Positions 9,569 to 18,839 of a stretch of 64,000 nt of DNA are shown here, piece by piece (position 1 is the stretch's first letter; each line of letters begins with the position of its first letter). The stretch is from Thermoproteota archaeon (GTDB lineage Archaea; Thermoproteota; Thermoprotei; Thermofilales; B9-G17). The notes beneath the pieces were generated by a model. It saw only the letters and a list, made by a program, of their open reading frames with translations. It made no database searches and had not been told where the DNA came from. The DNA lies in NCBI GenBank assembly GCA_029258885.1, contig JAPDJW010000002.1:64001-128000 (forward strand), written 5' to 3'. A program made the translations under genes and the position numbers.

Positions 9569-11487
9569 CTCATCGCCCGAAGCCTGTATATAGCATAGAG
9601 CAATACTATGACCAACGTTATTACAGTAATTATGATGTAGCTTAAATAATCTTCTTTATCCTCTTTATGTTCCTCTATAGGAATTATCTTTAAGGGAAAA
9701 CAGTATAGGTTTATCTTAAGTCCGCTTTTCAGCTTGATGCTAAAGGGGCTAAATATCGTGTAGTTCCCTATAATAGCCTTGTTATTCTCCAGCTGACAGG
9801 GAATGGATATATTTACTATACTCTCATTCGATGATATATGCACAGTATTATCTTTAGTTGAGAATGCTATTTTAGTTACGCTATTCTCGGCTTCAACTAC
9901 AATTGTATGATTTAGCGAGTCAAAGAGCTTTAATCCTATAACAATAATATTGTCCTCGGCTACCTTGAAAACCTTGTACTCTATTGACGGTATTATGAGA
10001 ACTGCATCTATAGCTAAGTCTCCTTCTTCTATGCTTATCTTTAGGGTTCCCGAGATATCGTTTGATACATGGAGTTGATGGAGTGGAATAAATCTTAGGC
10101 TACCGCTACTAACATCCCTAACAGTACTTCCTATAGACGGCGCTTCCAGTTTAACTCTTGCGTTGCCCTTAGCAAGGAGAACTATTTCCCATGTTCCTTC
10201 AGTATTCGGCTTAAGGTTAAATGATATATACTTACCTTTCTCGAGATACACGGCTTTTCCTCCACTATATATTTCAGAGAATAGCTTCTTTCCGTTAGTC
10301 TCTAAGTCTTCGGATTCGATAAATAGAGGCTTTACTGAGTATAGATCTCTGCCACGTATAATCGAGCAGCTGACGTTATTCCTATAAATATACAGTAGCG
10401 CATCAAGGGGTACTTCCGTTGCTTCAGCTCCACTATTCCAGTTAATCTCATGTGGTCCACATATTCCATCTCTCACTATCCCCGTTTCCTCGTTGTACAT
10501 TGGCGTATTTGCAGGGTTATTACCCATAAACCAGGAGGCGTAGAGGCCAGCTAGTATCGAGTAGGCCTCGCTCTCCTTGCCCTCGGTAGCATTAGCTAGG
10601 AGGGAGTAGGCTTTACATATAGTTGCTGGGATTATTGGTGGACAACAGAACTGCTTCGGCCTATGCCTCCAGAGGTATGTGCTGTATGTACAGTCATATG
10701 CTATAGCCAGGTGTAGTGGGAATCCCTGGGCAGCGGATTTCGCCGATTCAATGTATCTACTTTCATTTAATGTTACGCCAGCCATGACTAGGGCTTGTAT
10801 CGGTAGGCCTGGAGCATACGTTGCTTTAACTTCAAAGTAGCTCCATGGAGGATACCAGTCGACTGTTGAGTTAACGTATGCTTGTTTAACAACTATCTTA
10901 TCCGCTAGTTTCCGGATTGTTGTTTTAATGCTTTCATCGCCTGAGCCCATATAATAGTATGATAGCCCCATTACAATGTGCGATATTGTAAATAATGCAT
11001 CCGTTCTATCGACGTTATTTAAAGCCTTCATTAGACACTCTTTTATCTCATTGGCGAATGTCTTGTTTACTCTAGAGAACACCAGATAGCCTAGACCAAG
11101 CTCATGTACGGCTCTACCGTACCAGTCCCCCACGCCGGGATCTCTCGGCGTCCAGCGTTTATTGTCCTCTAGGTATAGGTAGAAGTCTCCTCTCTCGGTC
11201 TGCATCTTCATGGTGAATCGGATAGCTCTCTCAGCCATCTTCAATGCCTCGCTGTCATTGAATATTAGGTAGTAGTTTAGGTAGGTTATTCCAGCTCTGG
11301 CTGTATCGTCAAGGTTTACTCTGCCGAGAACTCTGCCGTTAGACCAGAACTCCCACCATCCACCGGATATTGGGTCGTATAGCTCATTTAAATGCGATAA
11401 GTTGATCTTTAGATTACATGGAATAGCGTACACATATTCTAATAGTACTATTAAAAATATTATTATTGTTAATTTTCTCGATGTCAT
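9565..11487 (-). CDS. Secreted, membrane-anchored (alpha/alpha)6-barrel glycosidase-like protein with CBM-like C-terminal domain
   Basis: Signal peptide; NLDDTARA; WFMGNNPANTPMYNEETG..DGI....NWNSGAEAT; IESEDL...YSGGKAV (CBM6/35-like start); C-terminal TM. Confidence 0.65.
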   Translation of the reverse strand: MTSRKLTIIIFLIVLLEYVYAIPCNLKINLSHLNELYDPISGGWWEFWSNGRVLGRVNLDDTARAGITYLNYYLIFNDSEALKMAERAIRFTMKMQTERGDFYLYLEDNKRWTPRDPGVGDWYGRAVHELGLGYLVFSRVNKTFANEIKECLMKALNNVDRTDALFTISHIVMGLSYYYMGSGDESIKTTIRKLADKIVVKQAYVNSTVDWYPPWSYFEVKATYAPGLPIQALVMAGVTLNESRYIESAKSAAQGFPLHLAIAYDCTYSTYLWRHRPKQFCCPPIIPATICKAYSLLANATEGKESEAYSILAGLYASWFMGNNPANTPMYNEETGIVRDGICGPHEINWNSGAEATEVPLDALLYIYRNNVSCSIIRGRDLYSVKPLFIESEDLETNGKKLFSEIYSGGKAVYLEKGKYISFNLKPNTEGTWEIVLLAKGNARVKLEAPSIGSTVRDVSSGSLRFIPLHQLHVSNDISGTLKISIEEGDLAIDAVLIIPSIEYKVFKVAEDNIIVIGLKLFDSLNHTIVVEAENSVTKIAFSTKDNTVHISSNESIVNISIPCQLENNKAIIGNYTIFSPFSIKLKSGLKINLYCFPLKIIPIEEHKEDKEDYLSYIIITVITLVIVLLYAIYRLRAMR

Positions 11488-11489
11488 GG

Positions 11490-13484
11490 CTAGTACGGGA
11501 ATAGGAACTTGTATATTTGTCCTAATCCAAGCACGAAGACTGAGAATATGTATCCTAGGAATAGTCCTGTAGCTAATGGTACTCCGTAGTTCTCATATAC
11601 TTTTGCTCCACCGAACTTTAGTGTTATGTATTTGAACAGCCATGCTATGAAAGCTGAGAAAGCTCCTCCCCATGCTCCGCCGATAGTTCCGAAGAGTAGT
11701 CCTATGCCGCTTATTGGGAACCAGTAGTACCTTATCTTCAGATAGAATATTGCTCCAGATAGCGCTAGTCCTCCGAGGACATGTAGCCACCACGGCTCGT
11801 CTGCTGGATAAGGCGATATCAGTGAAGGATTCGTCCATCTATCGGGCCACCACCATCCATCGACGCTTGACGGTATCTTGCTGTATCCTATGGTGTACCA
11901 GGACCATACAACTAGTGGTATTGCAATAGCTATACTTACGGCAGCTGAGAAGAATAAGTTCTTGAATATTGTAGCTGACTTCATGCCGTGCTCCTCGCCT
12001 AACTTATACGCTAGTAGCGAGTAGTATGTTGGACCATAGCTTATCGAGCTAGCTGATGCACATATTAGACTGTGGGCCATTAATTGTACTGAATAGTAGC
12101 TTGTGTTGAATTTATCCAGTGTATATCCTCGGTAGAGTACGTGGTATGTTAGTGCCTGCAGTGTTCCCCACCATCCTCCGCTGAACGCTACTCCTGCCTC
12201 TGCTAGCTGTCGTGCCATGACAAGATTATGGATTATTACCGCTATGAAGAGCCAGCATGCTTCAACAATGTGTGCGCCACTTATAACCATTAGAACCACT
12301 AGTACTAGGAAGGAAGCTGTAAGTAGTGTGTAGCTGAAACTATATCCTACCTCTCCTTCCCTTAGCTCCCTAATTGGCGTGCTTTTGATAGCCTTCTTTA
12401 TGGTATTTAGGTACCATTTCCAGTTTAATAGTACTGGCCATATGAAGACTCCTATGAATAGTCCTACGCCTGCAAATGCGTGGATTTTCAGTGGATCCGT
12501 TCTGCCTATTAGGTCGTATCTAGCTATGCTGTCCGCTAGCGCCGGCATGTTCGGGTAATATCCGAGAGTGTATGCTATCTGTGGGATTAGGATGAGGAAT
12601 ATTAGCCATGAAATCCACGCCGTAAACAGTACATCCAAGGGCACTAGGTAGTAGAAGGCTACGGTAACGGGTGAAGTTTCTATCGAAAACACGCCAGCAT
12701 AGTTCTGTTTGATAACAGGAGAGAATACTACTAGATCCAGCATTGTAGGCATACCGTATCTGAATGGAGGCCTATTCCATCCATAGATGTTTGGAAAGCC
12801 CGGCACTAGTAGATGTAGGATCCACGGCAGGTAGATGAGGAAGCCTACAGCTATTCCTGTGTGGAATAGCCAGGAAGCCGATTTCTTCTCTCCCGTTGTG
12901 TAGCTTACTACTGTATCTATTACCACCGCGTGGGGATATGCTAGCATCTCTATCTTATTCCATCTCTCCTTAACTATGCTTGCGAGCGCTATTGCCATGG
13001 TAACCGATGATAGGAGGAATATATACCAGAAGGCTATGGGTTTAATCCATTCACTCCATGGTACTGGAGCTCCGCCAGCTAGTGCTGGCTGTAGGACTGA
13101 CGGAGATGGAGCCCAGATGCTGGGCAGATACTCATTGTATATTGCTGGCTGGAGCAGCCTAGCGCCCATGAACTGGTTCATGAAAACCCATGGCATGAAG
13201 TAGCTTGAGAATGCGAATGGAATTATTATGAGTGTGGCTAAGAAGAACAGTGCCTCCCCGCTAACGTATTCTCTTAGCCATGGACCAAGCAGTACAAGTA
13301 GATAGAATATTCCCAATATCAGTAGTGTTCCTTCCACCGGTCCTAGGTGGAAGCCGAAGAGAAGGCCTATGTAGGCCACCTGATAGGACATTAGTATAGT
13401 TATCGCAATTATTATCAGTAGAGTATATATATACCATTTGGCTCTAGCCACGCTTCTCACCCCTAACCCTCCTCCTGTAGACAT
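11490..13484 (-). CDS. Polytopic membrane protein, DUF6785/DUF6784-like (OPT-related putative transporter); probable start GTG at 13451
   Basis: Many TM helices; W..PI..W, ERWNKIEMLAYP, RYYWFPISGIG motifs; GGTGA RBS before the GTG at 13451. Confidence 0.7.
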   Translation of the reverse strand: MSTGGGLGVRSVARAKWYIYTLLIIIAITILMSYQVAYIGLLFGFHLGPVEGTLLILGIFYLLVLLGPWLREYVSGEALFFLATLIIIPFAFSSYFMPWVFMNQFMGARLLQPAIYNEYLPSIWAPSPSVLQPALAGGAPVPWSEWIKPIAFWYIFLLSSVTMAIALASIVKERWNKIEMLAYPHAVVIDTVVSYTTGEKKSASWLFHTGIAVGFLIYLPWILHLLVPGFPNIYGWNRPPFRYGMPTMLDLVVFSPVIKQNYAGVFSIETSPVTVAFYYLVPLDVLFTAWISWLIFLILIPQIAYTLGYYPNMPALADSIARYDLIGRTDPLKIHAFAGVGLFIGVFIWPVLLNWKWYLNTIKKAIKSTPIRELREGEVGYSFSYTLLTASFLVLVVLMVISGAHIVEACWLFIAVIIHNLVMARQLAEAGVAFSGGWWGTLQALTYHVLYRGYTLDKFNTSYYSVQLMAHSLICASASSISYGPTYYSLLAYKLGEEHGMKSATIFKNLFFSAAVSIAIAIPLVVWSWYTIGYSKIPSSVDGWWWPDRWTNPSLISPYPADEPWWLHVLGGLALSGAIFYLKIRYYWFPISGIGLLFGTIGGAWGGAFSAFIAWLFKYITLKFGGAKVYENYGVPLATGLFLGYIFSVFVLGLGQIYKFLFPY

Positions 13485-15006
13485 GGCCCCTACCTGAAAT
13501 ATATCCTAGGATAAAGAGAATTATCGACACTATTACTAGGAGTATTCTAGTTCTATAGTTGACCATTTCGACTACCTCTATCTTTGACTTAAGCTCAGTT
13601 ATTCTTCTAGTAAGGTTCTCGATCTGTAGTTCCAGCTCGGTAATTGCCTTCTGAAGCTCGAATATCTCCTTCATCTGAGCCAGCTCACCCGGTAGTTCCT
13701 CTATTACCATGGCCTGCTCTATGCTTACAGTAGGCTCAGCTATGTAGTACTCCTTATATATTCTTTTAACGTGGTTCACCGGATCATCTGTTATGCTCTC
13801 ATCAAAGGGTATTAGTAACGATTTGAAGGGGAAGCTCATGGCTGTATAAACGTTATGTATGCCTTCATCGATAAACGACCAGGTAATCGCGTCTAAGCCT
13901 TCAAGAGTATACGTGAAGCCGAAACCTTTCTTCAAATCCTTATTGTATGCAACATACCATCCCTCCTTTATCTCAGAGACTGGCACTGATACGTCGGATG
14001 TTCTATCAAACTCTCCAGCTTCTCCGATAACAACCGTATAGTATTTTCCTCCCTTACCTACTCCGCTCCACTCCCTATTTGCTAGGTTTACATGAAGAAA
14101 AGTTCCTGGCTTAGCATTTTCTCCAGTTATATCAAGTATAGCATATATCCACGTATGATTTACGTATAGTATGTAAGTGAAAACAGCGTATATTTCCGTT
14201 AAATTATGATAACTAGATTCAAGCTTAAGTTTAATTATGCCCCTAACAGGCCCCTCTTTTATAAAAACTAGTTCTCCTGCTCCATCATATGCATTAGGAT
14301 TATTCTCTATCCAACCCGGATCGGCTGGACAGAAAAATCTGCTCCACTTCCACAGCAGGCTCATGAACTCCGAATCCTGCTTTATCACATCATAGCCAGT
14401 CTTAGTTAAGTTTATAGAGAATATAGAGCCGGACATCCACGCAGCCTTTACTGCTATAACGTATTCAACCAGTCCATTGGACATAGTGTAGGCTTCCTGC
14501 ATGAACTCTGGTGAACCTTCTTTTATGCTCTGTAAATATTCATATTCATCTATTCTCACAGCCAAGGGGTACGTAACCTCTGGCAACCCTGCGCCCTTTA
14601 ATGCTATGAAGATACTGTATTCATCAGTCTCACCACTAGCTATCCTACTTACAGTTAAAAACGCTAGCTCATCCTCCGGAGTAATACCTTCTTCATTATC
14701 TATATCATCTACTTGCGATGGAATTACCTTCTCGCCATGCAATACGGCTAGGGCTTTCCAGTCAACATCATCGGCAGAATCAAGCGTATTAGTACCAAAT
14801 ACATCAACATTCTCAGGTAGTGCTGCAGCTATATCTCTTATCCTAATGACTATAGGATAATTAACTGGAATATCAGTGCCTGGGGGAGCTCTAATCTTAA
14901 CTTTAATTAGATAATAAGTCGGTAAAGGTTGAGAAAGAACGTATGGGGAAGGTAGGAGGTAAAGGATAGCAACAAAAATGATAAAAAAATAAATAGGGTT
15001 TTTCAA
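13444..15006 (-). CDS. Secreted surface protein: DUF4861-like/supersandwich head, coiled-coil stalk, C-terminal TM
   Basis: Signal peptide; VIPSQVDDIDNEEGITPEDELAF; EGPVRGII; heptad stretch ITELELQIENLTRRITELKSKIE; TM plus basic tail. Confidence 0.7.
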   Translation of the reverse strand: MKNPIYFFIIFVAILYLLPSPYVLSQPLPTYYLIKVKIRAPPGTDIPVNYPIVIRIRDIAAALPENVDVFGTNTLDSADDVDWKALAVLHGEKVIPSQVDDIDNEEGITPEDELAFLTVSRIASGETDEYSIFIALKGAGLPEVTYPLAVRIDEYEYLQSIKEGSPEFMQEAYTMSNGLVEYVIAVKAAWMSGSIFSINLTKTGYDVIKQDSEFMSLLWKWSRFFCPADPGWIENNPNAYDGAGELVFIKEGPVRGIIKLKLESSYHNLTEIYAVFTYILYVNHTWIYAILDITGENAKPGTFLHVNLANREWSGVGKGGKYYTVVIGEAGEFDRTSDVSVPVSEIKEGWYVAYNKDLKKGFGFTYTLEGLDAITWSFIDEGIHNVYTAMSFPFKSLLIPFDESITDDPVNHVKRIYKEYYIAEPTVSIEQAMVIEELPGELAQMKEIFELQKAITELELQIENLTRRITELKSKIEVVEMVNYRTRILLVIVSIILFILGYISGRGHVYRRRVRGEKRG

Positions 15007-15022
15007 TTGTACCCACCTCTAC

Positions 15023-16570
15023 TTACTTCTTTTTCTTAGCTACTATAAATCCTATTATTAGACCTATTATTAATCCAACTATTAACATTACATACTGCAT
15101 CGACTGAGCCGTGCCTAGCTGTGATTTAAGTGAGTCTATTTCGGATTGAAGCGATGAAATCTGATCCTGTAAGCTTGATATCTGAGCATTTGCCTGATCA
15201 AGCTGTCCCTGAAGAGTCGAGATCTGTGCTTCTAAGGAGCTTATCTGCTCATTTAGACTACTTATAGTCTCCTCCTTCTCCTTAATCGCGCTTTCATACG
15301 CAGTTATTATATTGGCAGGTACTAGACCAGCTTTCTCCTCTCCAACAACCTTAATTGTTGGCTTGTTAATGCAAATTCTATAAATATTCGACATTAAAGC
15401 TAGGAAATCATCAGTTATAGTACTATCGAATAGTACTAACACTCTATAGAATGGTACTGGTATACCATCCTCAAAGTGTAGCACAAGCTCAGCTCCTGGA
15501 GATCCCCAGTCAAAGGTTAGTAGCTTTTCTGCTGGATAAAATATTACTCCAAATCCCTTACCCTCAGCCTTCTTATATACTGCAAACCAGTATTCGGTAA
15601 AGTTCTCAAGCCTTAGCCCTTTACCTTCCATTCTGGACAATTCTCCAGTTCCAGGTACGTAAACTGTGTCGTGTTCAATGCCCTGATCTCCCATATCGAC
15701 AAAGCTTGCTTTAACTGGTATTTTAGTGCCTGGTGTATAGCCTGGACCTGTTACTGTTAATTCTAATTCTATATATGACTGGCCCTTATATACTGCATAC
15801 TTCTTCACCGCATATGCTCCATCTACACTACCATGAGGCTCGGTTGACTTCAAAACAACCACAGCTCTAACAGGTCCCTCTGATATGTATAGCACGTTGA
15901 AATCTGGGTTTTTCTCAGCCCATCCGGGGTCTCCCTCAGCACAATACCTAGACCATCTCCATCCAACGTTATCCACACCCTCCCTGCCCTGCTTAACTAC
16001 ATCGTATCCAGAAGCCTTAATATATGCCGAAAATATAGTGCCAGCAATCCAGTCACTCTCATTAAGTATGATAGCTGAAATTAAATCATTTGAGAGAATT
16101 AATGCTGGACCTAATTCTTCAACGCCTTGATATGGACTTTCTATTGTTACAGTACATACTTTCTCAGCGGGTGGCGGAAGGGATTCACCTTCCCTTGCTA
16201 CAAGTATCTTATAGGTATCGCTACCTCCCGCAGGTATACCCGCGACCAGCTCAAAGACTATTTCATAGTCATTTACGCTCTCGCCTATTTTATCAAGCTG
16301 AGCTGGGACAACGTCATTCCCGTGAACTACATAAATGTTATCCCAACTATATGATCCTGTTAGCTGAGGAAGTATGTCTCCAACTTTTATAACCACTGGA
16401 GTGCCAGCAGGCATATCGGTAGTTGCAGTTACTTCAACAACTATATAGTATAGATCTGGAGATGCAGTTACGTTAAATGGTACTAATAATGTTGCTAGTA
16501 GAAGCAATCCGAGAATACATTTGAGGGGTTTATTCATATTTTTACCACCATCGATAGGTATAAATCTCAT
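15023..16570 (-). CDS. Paralog of 13444..15006 (secreted head, coiled-coil stalk, TM); start may be 16537
   Basis: VVPAQLD..EIVFE, W.WSRY, EGPVRAVV, KGFG shared with neighbour; heptads ISSLNEQISSLEAQISTLQGQL; GGTGG RBS before M12. Confidence 0.75.
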   Translation of the reverse strand: MRFIPIDGGKNMNKPLKCILGLLLLATLLVPFNVTASPDLYYIVVEVTATTDMPAGTPVVIKVGDILPQLTGSYSWDNIYVVHGNDVVPAQLDKIGESVNDYEIVFELVAGIPAGGSDTYKILVAREGESLPPPAEKVCTVTIESPYQGVEELGPALILSNDLISAIILNESDWIAGTIFSAYIKASGYDVVKQGREGVDNVGWRWSRYCAEGDPGWAEKNPDFNVLYISEGPVRAVVVLKSTEPHGSVDGAYAVKKYAVYKGQSYIELELTVTGPGYTPGTKIPVKASFVDMGDQGIEHDTVYVPGTGELSRMEGKGLRLENFTEYWFAVYKKAEGKGFGVIFYPAEKLLTFDWGSPGAELVLHFEDGIPVPFYRVLVLFDSTITDDFLALMSNIYRICINKPTIKVVGEEKAGLVPANIITAYESAIKEKEETISSLNEQISSLEAQISTLQGQLDQANAQISSLQDQISSLQSEIDSLKSQLGTAQSMQYVMLIVGLIIGLIIGFIVAKKKK

Positions 16571-16590
16571 TAATACTATTTTCTTTAGAG

Positions 16591-16620
16591 TATATAAATC
16601 TTCACAAAAAGCTTTTATAA
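16591..16620. promoter_or_regulatory. Back-to-back divergent archaeal promoters
   Basis: Minus-strand TATA TTTATATA at 16591-16598; plus-strand BRE CAAAAAGC + TATA TTTTATAA at 16613-16620; spacings fit the genes on both sides. Confidence 0.5.
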
Positions 16621-16647
16621 TCCAGCAGGTGTTTTATTATAGTAAAG

Positions 16648-16971
16648 GTGAATTATATGAAATCAACTTCTATTATTGTCCTAGTAATGTTGATTACAGT
16701 AATTTTCCTGACTCAGGCGGCGTTTCATGCTCTTCCTAATGGTGGATTAACAGCTAAACTTAATGAGCTTAAAAAAATTTACCAACAAAAGTTGGTTGAG
16801 TATGAACAGCTAAAGAAGCTACACGATGAATTATCTGAGAAGCTTAGCTCGTTAGAAGGAGAGCTATTCCTATTGAGAAATGGAATATTAGTTGCTGGAG
16901 GCATTCTCTTCATCGTCGGATTTATAGTAGGTATGTATCATGAGAAGAAGCGGCCTTCAGGCTCCCGTTAA
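16648..16971 (+). CDS. Small membrane protein: hydrophobic N-terminus, coiled coil, C-terminal TM; probable start ATG 16657
   Basis: Heptads LNELKKIYQQKLVEYEQLKKLHDELSEKLSSLE; TM ILVAGGILFIVGFIVG; the GTG at 16648 lies inside the AAAGGTGA RBS. Confidence 0.7.
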   Translation: MNYMKSTSIIVLVMLITVIFLTQAAFHALPNGGLTAKLNELKKIYQQKLVEYEQLKKLHDELSEKLSSLEGELFLLRNGILVAGGILFIVGFIVGMYHEKKRPSGSR

Positions 16972-18839
16972 TAGGGTAGGAGCCAGGCTGCTTTACCTAC
17001 TAGCTTTAGAACCATGACTAATGTACCTAGGATATTGTCTCCGAGGAGGAATCCCATTACGAGATAAGGTGCAGTTTTGCTCCATTTATCTCTTCCGAGT
17101 TTTCTAGCTATTAGCTTGCTTCCTATAAATGAACCTACGAATTGAGCTATGACGTATGTTGGTAGTTGAAGAATTCCAGATATTAATGCTATAGGTATGA
17201 AAGGCTTCTTTAGTATGAAATCGCATATAAGGTAAAGTACTCCGCCTGATATTATGCCTGATGTTATCCAATCTATTCTAAACATGTATCCTGTCCATAG
17301 CCACTTTTGGAATCGCCAGAAATCTAGCGCTTCAACAGGCCATCCTGTAATTGTGTATGGGTAGGCGTAGGATGGTATTGGAGCAACGTACCAGAATATG
17401 GATACGTATACAAAGCTCATTAGAAGACCCAGGAACGTTACTAGAATGTATGCTTTTATGTAATCGCTCATCCTACATTTAACTATCTCAGCCATTTTTA
17501 GATGCTGAGCTACACCTGAGCCTCCAGTATAGACTTGTATTGGAGCATACCAAGCATCTAGCCCCTTGTATCCGCTGAAGTATATTAGGAGTTCCTTCAA
17601 GTAAGGTATGTTTAGTGCAAGTGTTACTCCTGCAGCGTATGTTTGAAGTAGTGTCGCTATAAACGACCAGCCGATGACTAGTAGCAATAGAATCCATACG
17701 GGGAATGACGGTACTAGAATATATACTAGAGTAACCGTGCCTATAGCTGATATTAGGAACATGGCTAAGTATACCTCTCCCCTAGCTTCACCCCTCTCCT
17801 TTAACCTCGAGATTATCGAGAACGTTTTAATGACATCCCTATAGTGGACTACCATTGGAACTAGTGCCACCGATACTCCCAGACCTATTGCAAGGCTTAG
17901 CCAGAAGTATAGCTGTGATTTACTGTATATCCACATCCACCCGTATCCAGGCTTCCACGTAGCCTCAGCAGGCCACATGTTACGGGATGTTATTATATTA
18001 TTTCCAACGATGTAGGTAGCTATCATTCCTATGAGCTGTATGAAACATACGTCAAGCGGAAGTATGAAACCAATTACATATAGGTCAAAATCCGACGGTA
18101 CTACTAGCAGTCCGCCCGGTGCATTTAGATCCATTAGATAGGTTAAGTCTATCGGTTGCTTAGTTGGTATCTCCACCCCCAATATAAATGGTAGGAATAC
18201 TGCTAGAAAATTGTACAGTATTCCTGCAAGCATAGATAGGAAAAATATTCTAAGCTCCTCCACCCTCTCTTCAGCTATCGTCTCTATTATCTTTGCTTGA
18301 GCTGAAGCCCATGGAAACTCTAGCCTAGCTACCACGCCGTAGAGGTTATAGGAGAATATCCCCAGCGATATATTTGCTATTACCGAGAAAACCACCGATA
18401 GTATTAGGATTATTATTGGCAGGGTCCATGCAGGATCTAGGAATGTTCTATTATGAAGTATTCTTATTGCATCCGATCCGATTGGCGAGAAGAAAAAGGG
18501 GACTTGCCCAGATATGTCGAACATTATGGCTATCTCGCTGTTAGCATAGTATAGCTTTTTGATTAGGTCTAGGAAGTACCATGCTCCTCCCCAGAGTCCA
18601 ATCCATTCAAACGCCATTATTATGAATATCTCCTGCCTTGTTAGTTTCGCCCCCAATAACGCTGCTAACTCGTTCCAGAGCAGTATTATCATCCAGACGG
18701 ATAACGGCAATCCTGAGATTCCGGAGACAAGGTAGTAGTAGATTACGGCTGGCTGTATGACTATGATTGCAAAGATTAACGCTAGGAAAGATCTCCAGGT
18801 TAAGCCGGATTTATATTCAACATCAATTCTACTGCTCAA
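16968..18839 (-). CDS. OPT/YSL-like oligopeptide-transporter-related membrane protein
   Basis: N-terminal SGLTWRSFLALIFA, RLEFPWA, many TM helices; 11-nt overlap with the permease gene. Confidence 0.7.
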   Translation of the reverse strand: MSSRIDVEYKSGLTWRSFLALIFAIIVIQPAVIYYYLVSGISGLPLSVWMIILLWNELAALLGAKLTRQEIFIIMAFEWIGLWGGAWYFLDLIKKLYYANSEIAIMFDISGQVPFFFSPIGSDAIRILHNRTFLDPAWTLPIIILILSVVFSVIANISLGIFSYNLYGVVARLEFPWASAQAKIIETIAEERVEELRIFFLSMLAGILYNFLAVFLPFILGVEIPTKQPIDLTYLMDLNAPGGLLVVPSDFDLYVIGFILPLDVCFIQLIGMIATYIVGNNIITSRNMWPAEATWKPGYGWMWIYSKSQLYFWLSLAIGLGVSVALVPMVVHYRDVIKTFSIISRLKERGEARGEVYLAMFLISAIGTVTLVYILVPSFPVWILLLLVIGWSFIATLLQTYAAGVTLALNIPYLKELLIYFSGYKGLDAWYAPIQVYTGGSGVAQHLKMAEIVKCRMSDYIKAYILVTFLGLLMSFVYVSIFWYVAPIPSYAYPYTITGWPVEALDFWRFQKWLWTGYMFRIDWITSGIISGGVLYLICDFILKKPFIPIALISGILQLPTYVIAQFVGSFIGSKLIARKLGRDKWSKTAPYLVMGFLLGDNILGTLVMVLKLVGKAAWLLPY

